Origin: Bdellovibrionales bacterium
Lineage (GTDB): Bacteria; Bdellovibrionota; Bdellovibrionia; Bdellovibrionales; UBA1609
Direction: 5' to 3'
DNA length: 64,000 nucleotides
NCBI GenBank assembly: GCA_965261545.1
Contig: CBDHDF010000011.1
Span: 160,001 to 224,000 of the forward strand
The translations under genes and the position numbers were made by a program. A model generated the notes under the pieces. That model was not told the DNA's origin. It ran no database searches and saw only the letters and a program-made list of their open reading frames with translations. The number at the start of each line of letters is the position of its first letter. Position 1 is the stretch's first letter. Below, piece by piece: positions 41,605 through 52,473 of the stretch.

Positions 41605-41781
41605 TTAGAAATCCAACTTCTTACCAGTCAGTTTTTCGGCGAACCGTTCCGATGAGGAAAGCCCCTTGGCAATCCGAGTGAGGGCCATTTTTTCTATCTT
41701 TGAAAAGATGGTGGGAGCCGCATAACCTGATCCTAAAAGCAATAAAATGGTGACAATAGCCTTAATAATACCTGTATTCAT
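41605..41781 (-). CDS. Small protein with N-terminal hydrophobic helix (58 aa, not in ORF track)
   Basis: AAGGAGG RBS; MNTGIIKAIVTILLLLGSGYAAP... Confidence 0.6.
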   Translation of the reverse strand: MNTGIIKAIVTILLLLGSGYAAPTIFSKIEKMALTRIAKGLSSSERFAEKLTGKKLDF

Positions 41782-42073
41782 TGGTCTTCCTCCTTTGGTA
41801 AAACCACCAGTGGTTGGTTTATGTTTATTTTCTATTTGGTTTTAAGCCCAGTTTTGGGCTTTGTTCATAGCAGTTTTCAAGCTGCCTTATCTTATGGCCA
41901 CCATGGAGCCGGCCGTTTTGTCAATATTTCTTGAATCATTATTTTGTGGAATGAACGGCCGCATAAACTTGAGCTTCATTTTTCTTGAGATTTTTTACCT
42001 TAGTATTTCCGGATATACCCGTATTTCCCACCAGAGAGTTTTATCTACTCTCAGTTCTTAAATGAAAAGGGTG

Positions 42074-43048
42074 TTAGACAACAATCAAATTTGGCCATTC
42101 CATCTGTGACTCTTGGCTCATTTGTAACTCTCGACTTACCCGTGGCCCTCGGATTTTGGGATAAGCCAAGTTTTGCTTATCTGGATTATTTTCCCTAAAG
42201 AGCCTGAAAAGTCTCTTGCTCTCTCTTTTGGTTTTTCCTAAAATATAGATGTATTTGTGCTTTCTGGGGATTCTACGATGCTGGCAGTGAGCTTGGTACA
42301 CCTTTGAAGCCTTTTTGAGTTGAGTGACAACATCCTTTGGAATTTGTTCCCAATAAATATGGTCACCCTTACTCCAGTCACTTCTCCAATGAATACCAAG
42401 ATCAAGGGCATATTTCTTATAACTGCTTATCTTTCTGAACCTGCGGTCACTAAACCAGCCCTTGTCAAAAGCATGAGGATCATAATACTCAAAGCGTGCC
42501 CCGAAATTTTGCCCTAGATAAATGAAATTACAAGATTGGTAAATAGTTCCCATCTCTAAGGCTTCGGGGTCGGAGTAGGCTGAAAAATAGCGGTAGGCAG
42601 TATTTTTTACCATCCAACGGACGGAAAACATGACAAGAGAGCTTGCAAGATTCTTAGGACTCCAAGAAATGCAGGCTCCCCGGCTGATGAGTTTTTCCTT
42701 GTCACGATTTTCTCTGCCTAAGAGGTGAGAAAATGCATTGGGTGTGGCCATCACAATAACACCGGCCAATTGTCCTTTGTAGGTCGCTACAAACCGGTGA
42801 GTGGGTCGATGAGGCATCTTGCCAAGCCACTCATGACGAAGAATAAAAGTTTTAATCTGTTCACACATTTTCTTATTTTCTTTGGAAATATAAGAAAATT
42901 CAAAGTGGGAGACTCGAAGATTAGACACTTCATTATAAGTCATTCCAGCGACCTCTAGGTCCTTGACGAGATTCTTTTTTCTCATTTCGTATTGCCAACA
43001 ATGGTTCTCATTAAAAAAGTCCTTTCCTAATATATTTTTGTTAAACAT
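42074..43048 (-). CDS. Mom-like (GNAT-fold) DNA modification protein
   Basis: FILRHEWLG, PKNLASSL, AYSDPEALEMGTIYQSCNFIYLG resemble the phage Mu Mom-family signature. Confidence 0.65.
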   Translation of the reverse strand: MFNKNILGKDFFNENHCWQYEMRKKNLVKDLEVAGMTYNEVSNLRVSHFEFSYISKENKKMCEQIKTFILRHEWLGKMPHRPTHRFVATYKGQLAGVIVMATPNAFSHLLGRENRDKEKLISRGACISWSPKNLASSLVMFSVRWMVKNTAYRYFSAYSDPEALEMGTIYQSCNFIYLGQNFGARFEYYDPHAFDKGWFSDRRFRKISSYKKYALDLGIHWRSDWSKGDHIYWEQIPKDVVTQLKKASKVYQAHCQHRRIPRKHKYIYILGKTKRESKRLFRLFRENNPDKQNLAYPKIRGPRVSRELQMSQESQMEWPNLIVV

Positions 43049-43964
43049 GAGCCTCTTTGAAAAAAGACATGACAAAAAATATTGAATGATTCATGAAATA
43101 CCTCCTTATGGGTATGGGTGGGATGGGATGAGTGGTCTGCATGATTCAAGTTAGTTTTGGATGATTGGAGAGGGGTGCTTCCGTGAGGTTTGAAGTTGGA
43201 AGACTCTCAGGAAATCCCTTCATTCTCAGAATTTTTTTTTGACGATGGGCGCAAAAATAAAGTTTAGTCCTTTTCAAAACGGCCAAAAAGGGTGTAGGCC
43301 ATGGCCGCTACGAACAAAAAAACAAATAGAAGGAGCTAAGAGCTGCTAGCCAATGTTTCTTATGATCTCAAAGCTTCCGAGACTCAATGAAGGCAAATGT
43401 TAGCTGACAATTAAAATGCCCCACCGTCGCCAATGAAAAGTGGCCACTTTTCAGAGGAGGACCTATGGTGATTTTTGGCATTGTCAACCGAGACGCATAT
43501 AATCAATTGATATTACTCATAAAAAGGCTCCGAGCTGATAAGAACTCCTTTTGGGTTCTTGTCGACCTGGAAAGGGGCTCCGTGTTGGAGAGTCCTTCCA
43601 TGACAGCCTATTCAGGTTCCATATTTGTCATTTGTAGACTGTTTCTGGATTTCAATGAGGTTAAATATATAGTCAAGAAAAGCCTGTTTAGGCTGTGCCC
43701 ATTTTCTAAAGTATTTAAATTCCACAAGATTCCAACATTTGCCTCAATTTTCATGGAATTTCTTTCTAAAGACAGGCTTCCCTTAAAGCCGTCGCCAATT
43801 AAAATGTCCCACTTTCAATATGGAGGTTGTCGCCAATGAAAAGTGACCAATCTTCAGGGAGTGTTCAAATACTAGACAATGAAGTCTCTTCTTCTGATAT
43901 AGATACTAAGCTCACAGAGTCCCTCCCTCTTGCAACTCAAAAGGTTAGCAATGAGGAGGATCTT

Positions 43965-45431
43965 ATGATTAGTCAATACACTTTCGGCCGCATTCGTGAC
44001 CTGAGTCACAGTGGTAAAAATAAGACAGAAATATCTCGTGAATTAGGGATCAATCGTAAGACGGTGCGCAAGTACTGTGAGTCCAACACCCCACCGAAGT
44101 ACAAGGCGAGGTCCAAAAGAACTCGCCCAGATCCCCTTAATGGATATATGGATCGGGTGAAGTACTTTTTGAAGTTGAACCCAAGTAACACCGCCCGTGA
44201 AATATATGAGCTATTAGTTGAGGAGGGTTATCGTGGGAGTGAGAGAACGGTTCAGAGAAGAGTTTGTGAGATTCTTGGTTCTCGCCCCAAGGAGCGTTTT
44301 TTCAGCCAAAGATATGATCCTGGAGAACAGGCTCAGTTTGATTTTAAGGAGAAGGTTGCTTTACCATTTGCCGATGGTGTTCAGATCGTTCATCTCCATT
44401 TTGGAACATTGCCTTGTAGTGGCACCTGTTGGGTTCGTGCCTACCCCTTTCTTGTCTATGAGTGTTTCATCGATGGGGTGCATGCTTTTTTTGAAAAGAT
44501 AGGTGGGATGAGTGCGAACATCCGTATTGATAATTTATCTCCCTGTGTGAAGAAAGTTCTTAAAGGAAATCAGCGAATTTACACCCAATCTTTTGATCGA
44601 GCCATCCAATACTATGGATTTAAGGTTCTTCCCTGCCGCGCAGGGAAGGGCTCTGACAAGGGAGATGTGGAGCGTGATATTCGAACCTTCAGTTCTCGGA
44701 TAAAAAATATTGTTAGAAACAAAGGAATTGTTTTTAAAGACTGGGATCATTTGAATCAGTTTTTAGAGTCTTATATGGATCAGCATCAGAGTGACTCCAC
44801 CAAATCTCGCTTTGAGGAGGAGGCCAAAGTTCTTAAGCCTTTGCCTCCACGAGATGAAGATATTCTCTGTAAGGTGAATATTTGTCAAAGTAATGGTTAT
44901 GGGACTTTGAGAATAGGTAAAACCACATATTCCATACCTGATGAGGTGATCCAATCTCCCTGTAAAACCGTACAGGGTCCCTATCATGTCACGATCTATC
45001 GTGCAGGAGGGAAGCAAGAAATTGTCGCTCGCCATCAAAGAAAACCTGATGGGGAGCATAGTCTTCTTCTTGAACATATCCTTCCCTCTTTAGTTCGTAA
45101 GCCGCAAGCCATGGTAAGATGGGCTCACCGATCCATTCTTTTTCCAACAAATGTGTTTGAAAATTTTTATCAATACCTCAAGCAACAAGATTCAAGCCGT
45201 GCCGAGCATGAATATTTAAGAGTTATCAACTTGATTCAGCATGTGAGTTGGCAGGACTTATCTACAGCCATGGAGCTTCAATTAGAAAGTCGTGAGATTT
45301 TCGACTTTAAATCCATAAAAGATTTGCTCTTAGGCAATCCCACCAAAATTAATTTGAATGACCAACAAAAACCACTTCAACCTAGATTGTCTCAATATGA
45401 CAGTCTTGTTCCAAACATAGGAGGTTCTTAA
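43965..45431 (+). CDS. istA: IS21 transposase IstA
   Basis: Intact copy; start set at MISQY. Confidence 0.92.
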   Translation: MISQYTFGRIRDLSHSGKNKTEISRELGINRKTVRKYCESNTPPKYKARSKRTRPDPLNGYMDRVKYFLKLNPSNTAREIYELLVEEGYRGSERTVQRRVCEILGSRPKERFFSQRYDPGEQAQFDFKEKVALPFADGVQIVHLHFGTLPCSGTCWVRAYPFLVYECFIDGVHAFFEKIGGMSANIRIDNLSPCVKKVLKGNQRIYTQSFDRAIQYYGFKVLPCRAGKGSDKGDVERDIRTFSSRIKNIVRNKGIVFKDWDHLNQFLESYMDQHQSDSTKSRFEEEAKVLKPLPPRDEDILCKVNICQSNGYGTLRIGKTTYSIPDEVIQSPCKTVQGPYHVTIYRAGGKQEIVARHQRKPDGEHSLLLEHILPSLVRKPQAMVRWAHRSILFPTNVFENFYQYLKQQDSSRAEHEYLRVINLIQHVSWQDLSTAMELQLESREIFDFKSIKDLLLGNPTKINLNDQQKPLQPRLSQYDSLVPNIGGS

Positions 45432-46213
45432 TGAATCACGAAGAACTTATAGGTTCTCTTAAAAAACTCCGACTTCCAGCGATGGCGGATGAATATGTTG
45501 CAACGGCTAGAGTTGCCGAAAAAACAAAAAAGACGTATGAACAGTATTTAGGTATACTCGTTCAAAATGAGCTTGCTGACAAGCATTCCCAGAGAGTGAA
45601 AAGATTGCTTAAGGGGGCCAAGCTTCCTCAACTTAAATCACTCCAAACTTATAACTTCCAGAAAAGAACGGGAGTGACAGCTCAGCAAATTAATTGGATG
45701 GCAGAGGGAGAGTGGGTCAGAAAAGCCTGTAATGTTGTGTTTTACGGAAGCTTTGGAATGGGGAAAAGTCATTTGGCCATGTCCCTAGTTCGTTCACTCT
45801 GTGAACAAGGCTATCGATGTTTATGGGTCACCACTCATGAACTTATTGAAACAATGCGTGAAAGCAAGAAAGAACTCTCATTGAATGCTCTTTTTAAGAA
45901 ATTAGACCGTTTTGATCTTATTGCTTGTGATGAACTTGGCTATACAGCTTCCTGCACAGAGGGGGCAGATCTTTTCTTTCAATTCATATCTCAGCGATAT
46001 GAAAGGAAAAGTCTCATGATCACTACAAACTTAACATACTCTGAATGGGATAAGGTGTTTCTTAACCCTATTACCACCGCTGCTGCTGTTGATCGAATCA
46101 TTCACAACTGTGAAACCCTCAACATTGAAGGAAAAGAAAGTTGGAGAACCGAATCGGCAAAAGCCAAGTCTAAACAGAGCAAAGAGGAAAGTTCAACCAA
46201 AGAAGTTCATTAG
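45431..46213 (+). CDS. istB: IS21 helper ATPase IstB
   Basis: Same protein as the other C copies. Confidence 0.93.
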   Translation: MNHEELIGSLKKLRLPAMADEYVATARVAEKTKKTYEQYLGILVQNELADKHSQRVKRLLKGAKLPQLKSLQTYNFQKRTGVTAQQINWMAEGEWVRKACNVVFYGSFGMGKSHLAMSLVRSLCEQGYRCLWVTTHELIETMRESKKELSLNALFKKLDRFDLIACDELGYTASCTEGADLFFQFISQRYERKSLMITTNLTYSEWDKVFLNPITTAAAVDRIIHNCETLNIEGKESWRTESAKAKSKQSKEESSTKEVH

Positions 46214-46698
46214 AGATCCCCACTTTTGGGGAAGGAACTCGCCAGTTATCCACAAAATTTATCCACAGCAGCACTGCGTTGCTAGACATCGGGGTCACAG
46301 CCGCAGTGTCGCCATGGATAAATTTATGGATAACTGGCTTTTACCGTACTATTTGCTCGTCACTCTCGCGGAGCTTTAGACATTAGCTGCGCCAAGGAAT
46401 CCTGAAAAATACTCCATTTACCTCTGCCATAGGGCTGAAGGATGCATTTGGGTTCATGCCAAAAGTGGTGGGCAGAAAATCATTCCTCAGAATCTTGTGG
46501 CATAGTCCGAGTTAAATGATGAGCAAAATAAAGACACTTGACTAAACTCTGAACGAAGAATAACTAAATCAGTACATCATCAACTGGCCGTTTTTCATTG
46601 GCGACGGCTTCTAAAAATGGCCAATTTTAATTGGCGCCTAACAGCAAAAATGGACACCAATCACAACCTTTTCAAATTGAAAAAGAAATGGGGAGTAT

Positions 46699-46950
46699 AT
46701 GAAGGATTCAAAAAACTTAAAGAATTCACAGTATTTTAATCTCTTAGCCATCACTCTTGATAAGAGTGTCCGCCCAAGAGCCAAAGAGCTTCTTCATGGC
46801 AAGATCATTCATCTTGATTTTGCAGAGAAACAAGAGATTGAAAAAATCCCTAGGAACAGGCTCGCCGAATCAAGTGCTGTCTGTGTGTTATGTGAAGTCA
46901 AGGGCCACATAAGGTTAGCTGTGTATGAAATGGTAAAGCCAGTCCAATAA
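46699..46950 (+). CDS. Hypothetical protein
   Basis: GGGGAG RBS; 83 aa. Confidence 0.5.
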   Translation: MKDSKNLKNSQYFNLLAITLDKSVRPRAKELLHGKIIHLDFAEKQEIEKIPRNRLAESSAVCVLCEVKGHIRLAVYEMVKPVQ

Positions 46951-47246
46951 AAGGCTCTTTGAATTTGCCCATCTTATGAGCCAGAGCTATGGACTAAAAC
47001 CCAGAAGAGGGAAACTTTAAGTCGATCACTCTAGGAAATCTTCCTGAAAGTATTCAACTAACAGCTCAGCCATCATTTTGGGAAGGGTGAGTCCTCCATT
47101 TCTCATTGGATCTGAAGTAGTCACCCCTTCCCTTATTTTGATTCTAGTCTTGATAATTTCCGTTACGAATGGGTCTTCTTATTCTCTGGAAAATCTCACT
47201 GTTACTGAACCACCTCTAGGCCACCTTGGCTTTCTTTCACAGCCTC

Positions 47247-48149
47247 TTATGGGCTAGGTCGGAGGCTGGGGTCTCTGATGATACTAAGGTCCACTTGGAA
47301 CCTTCTTTTCACTTCATAGGGAACTTCATGGAACTGTAAAGCCGTGGGTGGGCTGATCTGAAACTCCTCTTTTTTTCTGTTCGGGCAGTGGCTATAGTCC
47401 AAGAAGCCAACTCTTACCGTTCCGTCAGTTGTACTTATGGGCTGGAGGTAAAGCTCATTAGTTTCTTGAACCATTCCCTCAGTGATCTTCAAAGAGGCCG
47501 TGATAGAGGAGGTATCAGAAGAGCCCCCATGGGAGTTAATCTTGTCAGGACGGTAGGGCTTCCCTCCAAGGACGAATTGTATGGGGAAATAATCAAGCTC
47601 CCTTGCAAGCTCAACAATGGGAGAGTCAACCTCGCCAACATGGTTACGGCGAGAAATATTGCAGTCACCATATTCTTTAATTTTAATACAATCATACACC
47701 TTTCCACCTTGTTTCTGAGAAACGTCGATATGAGTGAGGCCACATTCAGATTTGACCCATGAAGAAGTGACCCTTTGCAAATAGGCTTCCGAGAACTTTG
47801 GTACTGTCTTGACGCCATTTTCAAGGCGAATGAGGACTTCATCTCCCACCTTCACATCATCTACAAAAGTATCTTGATCCACCAGCTTGTCTTCAAAGAC
47901 CACGTCAATGGTGATCTCCCTAGGCTCTTCCTCCGATTCTTGATTCTCTCCCTCTTTTGCACTTTCTGGGCTTTCTAGGTCCTCATCCGTGCCCTCTTGA
48001 GATTCCTTTCGTAATGGGTCTTGCTCTTCCGGTGGAACTTCATCCACCTCATGGATGACCCCCTTCCGAGGGCTATCTTCTTCTATGGTGTCACAGGCAG
48101 AAAGTATCATTGATATAAAAACAACAGTTAATAAAATAAATTTATCCAT
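47247..48149 (-). CDS. Acidic lipoprotein (start re-set to MDKFILL)
   Basis: AAGGAG RBS; lipobox LSAC. Confidence 0.7.
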   Translation of the reverse strand: MDKFILLTVVFISMILSACDTIEEDSPRKGVIHEVDEVPPEEQDPLRKESQEGTDEDLESPESAKEGENQESEEEPREITIDVVFEDKLVDQDTFVDDVKVGDEVLIRLENGVKTVPKFSEAYLQRVTSSWVKSECGLTHIDVSQKQGGKVYDCIKIKEYGDCNISRRNHVGEVDSPIVELARELDYFPIQFVLGGKPYRPDKINSHGGSSDTSSITASLKITEGMVQETNELYLQPISTTDGTVRVGFLDYSHCPNRKKEEFQISPPTALQFHEVPYEVKRRFQVDLSIIRDPSLRPSP

Positions 48150-48201
48150 TATATTGACTCCTTTATTTGAAATGTTCATTGTTAGATATTTAGATGAAAT
48201 G

Positions 48202-48651
48202 CTATTTTTTGAATCCATTAGATTCATTAGATATTTGACAGTCTTTACCTTTATTTTGACCGCCTCTGGTTTTTGATCTTCGTCTTGACTTTCCCTTTCC
48301 ATGGCTGACCTTTCCTAGATATGTCTCAATGGACCTGTCCAAGTCTTCATCAGAGACATTGTGAATGAGTTTCTTAAGGTAGCTCTTCTTATCGAAAAAT
48401 TCATGAACAAGGTGCTCATATTCGATAGATTCATACTTCTGAAAGAATATTTTTAAAATAGAATTTACAATTTTAGAAGTATCTGTTTTGCACGAGTCTT
48501 CCCTCAATCTCTCCATGAATTGAGCCAGAGAACCCGTAGACGTCTCATTTAAGAGAATCCTACAGGCCACACTCTTTTTCTTGCGTCCATGGGCACCTAC
48601 TATGTTTTCTTGTGGGCCTTCTTCCATGACTTCCTGGTAATTCTCCATCAT
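48202..48651 (-). CDS. Hypothetical protein
   Basis: CAGGAGG RBS; 149 aa with basic tail. Confidence 0.65.
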   Translation of the reverse strand: MMENYQEVMEEGPQENIVGAHGRKKKSVACRILLNETSTGSLAQFMERLREDSCKTDTSKIVNSILKIFFQKYESIEYEHLVHEFFDKKSYLKKLIHNVSDEDLDRSIETYLGKVSHGKGKSRRRSKTRGGQNKGKDCQISNESNGFKK

Positions 48652-48709
48652 TGATAAACCTCCTGTGACACTCTTTGATTTTGATGCACCTCTTTCCAGC
48701 TAGGTTTTG

Positions 48710-49240
48710 TTAACTTCGGAGAGCTAAAAGAATTAGGTGGTGTGGAGGGCTGACCTGAAGTTGGCAACCAAAAGGGCCGCCCATGGATGGTCCAAACACA
48801 GTGCTCTTCAAGAGCCTATTACCTTGAATTTCCCAATCAAGACAATTCTTATCAACTTCAGGAGATGCAACTTTGAAGTTTCTGATGCCTCTTTCTTTGG
48901 CACTTTGTTTTGGATTGTCTCCAGAACCTTCTTTAAAAGACATGGATGACATGAATTCATTAAAACGAAGTAAAGTTTCTTTCCTAATCTTCTCATCCCT
49001 TCTTTTCAGGGAATTGTGAATGGTGTACCCACTAAGACCTCCTATTGTGCCACCTATGGCGAGACCATATACAGCCCACTTTCCTCGACTCCTCTTATTG
49101 AGGATGGCTCCTGTAGCTGCACCCGTCGCCACTCCAGTGCCTACACCTATAAGCATGGATTGTTGAGTGGAAGCACAGGAAGATATCAATAGACTTCCCA
49201 TCATTAGACAATATATTGCAATTTTATTTTTAATAATAAT
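48710..49240 (-). CDS. Glycine-zipper lipoprotein, possibly TraV/VirB7-like with a C-terminal frameshift
   Basis: Lipobox ISSC; GxxxG repeats; an alternative frame after GNRL reads EEHCVWTIHGRPFW. Start uncertain. Confidence 0.5.
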   Translation of the reverse strand: MIIKNKIAIYCLMMGSLLISSCASTQQSMLIGVGTGVATGAATGAILNKRSRGKWAVYGLAIGGTIGGLSGYTIHNSLKRRDEKIRKETLLRFNEFMSSMSFKEGSGDNPKQSAKERGIRNFKVASPEVDKNCLDWEIQGNRLLKSTVFGPSMGGPFGCQLQVSPPHHLILLALRS

Positions 49241-49560
49241 CCTCCTTGTTAAAGTTAATACTTTCAGTTGAGACTTCGATCCACACAGATGCCCCTCCAA
49301 GGTGCTCTTGACTATGATATGAAATAAAATAGCCTTGATCCATGGCACGGCCATCTTAAATCGAAGCACAGCTCTAAAAGTGATTGATCGATACTTTTTA
49401 AACGACTCTTCTGAATGATTTTTATTCAAATGTGTGAAATCTGCTGATTACTTTTTCCTTTCAAAACAATATTTTTTGTGATTTCAATAGGTTACATATT
49501 TTTCCCTCCCTTCAACAAAGGGTGCTTGACGGTAGCTTCTGACGGGACCCATGGTTCCGC

Positions 49561-50406
49561 CTAAGAAATCTTAAAGACGTAACTATTAATATCTCTAAAT
49601 ATCAATTCCTCCTTGTCCGTAGTGATATCGTTAAGAAGTGCAAAGTACATCTTGGATGAACACTGATGCTTCTGAGAAATTTCCTGATCAATCTTATGAA
49701 GAACATTTAGGATATAGGAATTTTTACAAATATACAAAACTCCATGAACCTTTTGCTCCCAATAATAAGCATCTACCTTCTTTCTGTATCTCTCCTTAGA
49801 TTTTGTAGAAGAATCAAATTCAATGGCTAATTTTAAGGTGCCTATCTTGGTTTCAACAAGAGTCATTCCATCACTATTAAGATCAAGAAAAGCTTGGTAT
49901 TCCTCTTGAAATTCGGAGCAGCTTTGAAGAACATTTTCTGTATAGTAACTTTTTACAGAATGTCTATTCTCAAAGGCTTTTCTGATATCCACAAGAGCCA
50001 TATCATGCAAATAGGCATAACTTTTGTTGACTTTTCCATGAGTGATGTATGGCATAAAGGTTTTCACTCTATTGAGTCCTTCAAGTGTAAGTCTATACCC
50101 ATAAATAATCTTTTGATCTTTCTCAATGGGAGTTCTCCGAACAAGTCCAAAATCAAGTATCTTTTTAAGCCTGTCGTTAACAATGCTCCTATGGGTTCCA
50201 GTAAAGAAGTAGGACCTGATCTGATCTCGACTGACAAATTTATGTTCAAAGAGAAATTGGAGAACTTTTAAATCTCTCTGAGTGATAACAGTTCTTTTAC
50301 ATCGCCTTCTCCTAGTCTTCATTTTACTACGGTGACCTCCTCCTATGTGTTTTTGATTCGCCTGTATTTGCTGCCCTAGGGTTTCTTTTGATAATCTTTG
50401 GTTCAT
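49561..50406 (-). CDS. Replication-relaxation (Replic_Relax, MOBC-related) family protein
   Basis: ITQRD winged-helix start, HDMAL, and D...IEFD..TK...Y..KV..Y nuclease pattern. Confidence 0.75.
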   Translation of the reverse strand: MNQRLSKETLGQQIQANQKHIGGGHRSKMKTRRRRCKRTVITQRDLKVLQFLFEHKFVSRDQIRSYFFTGTHRSIVNDRLKKILDFGLVRRTPIEKDQKIIYGYRLTLEGLNRVKTFMPYITHGKVNKSYAYLHDMALVDIRKAFENRHSVKSYYTENVLQSCSEFQEEYQAFLDLNSDGMTLVETKIGTLKLAIEFDSSTKSKERYRKKVDAYYWEQKVHGVLYICKNSYILNVLHKIDQEISQKHQCSSKMYFALLNDITTDKEELIFRDINSYVFKIS

Positions 50407-50428
50407 TTTTTTGACTCTTGGCTTACTT

Positions 50429-51925
50429 TCATTTGTTCTTTCCCTCCATTTCTATGTGGGTTTTATTCTTAAGATCAGAACATCGTGCTTCAGAAATAAC
50501 CAACTCTTGATTCCTTTCTAAGAGAGGTTGGAAGTTCTTGCGAATGCCATCCGTAAATTCTTGTTGGATCATCTCAAGCTCTTGCTTAAGTGATTCATCA
50601 TCAATATAGGGTGCTTGCACTTCTTGGTGGTGGCTTCCGTGGGTCCATATGGCGCGGCCCTTAATGGCAGGGAGTGTTCTGGCAAGATTCCCACCCATGG
50701 CGACATTTGATGCCGCTGAGGATATCATGCGAAAGGTCATGCGTCCGGTGAGGTTGTCCAATGTCTCTGTGTCAATGGCATCTTTCACAGGTTTTTGCGT
50801 GGAAAGCACAAGGTGGATACCTGATGCCCTTGCAAGTCTTGCCAATTCGCCAATGTGCTTTCTTGCCAGTTCATTGGATTTATTTCCAAAAAGCGCTGCG
50901 GCTTCGTCAATTCCCACAACAATCAAGTCAAGTTTGTCCCGAGACGGGTCCACGCATTTGTGGCTATGGGTCTCTAGAAAGCTGTAACGCCGGTGCATTT
51001 CTTCCACCAAAGAATGCAAGATATTTGTGGCTCCCTGTTCGTCCTTGGCGGTTCTTACATTAGGGAGTTCCTCAAACTCCTTGACTTCAACCCCACGCTT
51101 GAGGTCCAGAAGATAGACTTGAAGGTGGGGAGAGTTTTTTAGAAGTGAAAGAATGGTGGAGCGAAAGAAAATAGATTTACCTCCCCCCGTAGCCCCTGAA
51201 ATAAGCAAGTGGGGCAAAGAGCAAAGAGGTTGAACCACAGCACCTTGTAAACTCTGGCCAATGACAAATGAGTAGGGCTCTTTGATATGGGCATAGATAT
51301 CGTGAAAGCCAGCCATCTTGGGCAAGTCGTGCTTGCAAAGATGAATGATGACCTTTCCCTTGTCTTGGTGGAGCATCATGCTCTCAACGGTTTGACGAAA
51401 ACCTGCGGTGAGACTATCTTTTTGAGCTTCAAACCTGTTTAAACCCACACCAAAGGTTTCAACAATGACCTTACAACGATATTCTCCCATCTCGACAATA
51501 GATTTTACTTGGGGAACTTCTCCAAGAGCTGTTTTGAGTCCCGATCTTTCAATGGCTTTTTGAAAAACCATCTTTCTACGGAAATATGGAAAACCCATAA
51601 CTGCGAGTCCAACCACAGTCAGGAAACCCAAGAGAGACCAATATTGATCCATGGGGCTCATTGTAAAAAAGAGGTGGAAGTAGAAATGAAGTGGCTTCCC
51701 CCATACAAATTCAATGGCATTTTTCAAATAATTGGGCTCTCCAATAATAAGAGCTGCCAAGAAACTGGCTATAGCGACAAAGCCACACAACATTTCAAGA
51801 CTCTCCTTGCGAGCCCTTTTTATTCCAAACCAACATATTTTCAAGAGAATAAAAACACCTTGTCCAAGAACCATGATAAAATCTTCAATTCCCTTCTGAT
51901 TTTTATGATTATATTTTTTTTTCAT
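50429..51925 (-). CDS. FtsK/SpoIIIE-domain ATPase (TcpA-like coupling protein)
   Basis: N-terminal TM segments; PHLLISGATGGGKS, LLDLK, IDE, ARASGIHLVLSTQKP, GRAI. Confidence 0.85.
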   Translation of the reverse strand: MKKKYNHKNQKGIEDFIMVLGQGVFILLKICWFGIKRARKESLEMLCGFVAIASFLAALIIGEPNYLKNAIEFVWGKPLHFYFHLFFTMSPMDQYWSLLGFLTVVGLAVMGFPYFRRKMVFQKAIERSGLKTALGEVPQVKSIVEMGEYRCKVIVETFGVGLNRFEAQKDSLTAGFRQTVESMMLHQDKGKVIIHLCKHDLPKMAGFHDIYAHIKEPYSFVIGQSLQGAVVQPLCSLPHLLISGATGGGKSIFFRSTILSLLKNSPHLQVYLLDLKRGVEVKEFEELPNVRTAKDEQGATNILHSLVEEMHRRYSFLETHSHKCVDPSRDKLDLIVVGIDEAAALFGNKSNELARKHIGELARLARASGIHLVLSTQKPVKDAIDTETLDNLTGRMTFRMISSAASNVAMGGNLARTLPAIKGRAIWTHGSHHQEVQAPYIDDESLKQELEMIQQEFTDGIRKNFQPLLERNQELVISEARCSDLKNKTHIEMEGKNK

Positions 51926-52473
51926 TTTTCACCATAATAAGTTGTTAAAAGGTTAACGATTATTTCCCGTCCTGCTGGCAGGGTGACATATTCGGACTGC
52001 TTCCCCATGTGAGTCACTCGCCTTTGAGCCTCCATTTCACTGGCCTTGGAAACTCCCTGATAAAAGGCATTTTTGGCTGTGGCTTTGGGCGTAAGATGAG
52101 CCCCTTGACCGTGGGACTCCTTTTTGGTTAGAGTCTCGGTCATGGTGGATAAAACACTAAGACCCAATGTGGAGACAATTTTCTTCATGGCTTGACCATG
52201 AAAGTCACCAACAAGACCTGGGGATTGATCTTTAGGACTCAGTGCTTGAGCATGGATTTTCGCTTCTTTGCCATTGGGAAGAAGTATCTTGGTAAATTCA
52301 ATAAATACCTTTCGCCCTTGCCCTGGGTATCTTATCGTTCCAAAGAGGACGGAATTTCTAGGAATGGAACCACCGTTTTTGTCTTTCCCGCCTTCAGGGA
52401 GTAACACTTTGTAAAGCTGTGTGGTCTCCCGTGTATCAATGGCTGTAAGAAGCTTGCCCTTGATATGAGTTCC

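Larger units (their letters stand above)
43398..46643 (+). mobile_element. IS21 element C copy 4 (intact, 3246 bp)
   Basis: C ends; 5-bp TSD GCAAA. Confidence 0.93.

Noticed and set aside
49430..49560. oriT next to the Replic_Relax gene
   Set aside because: Position is plausible, but I could not identify a diagnostic nic site or a convincing inverted repeat.
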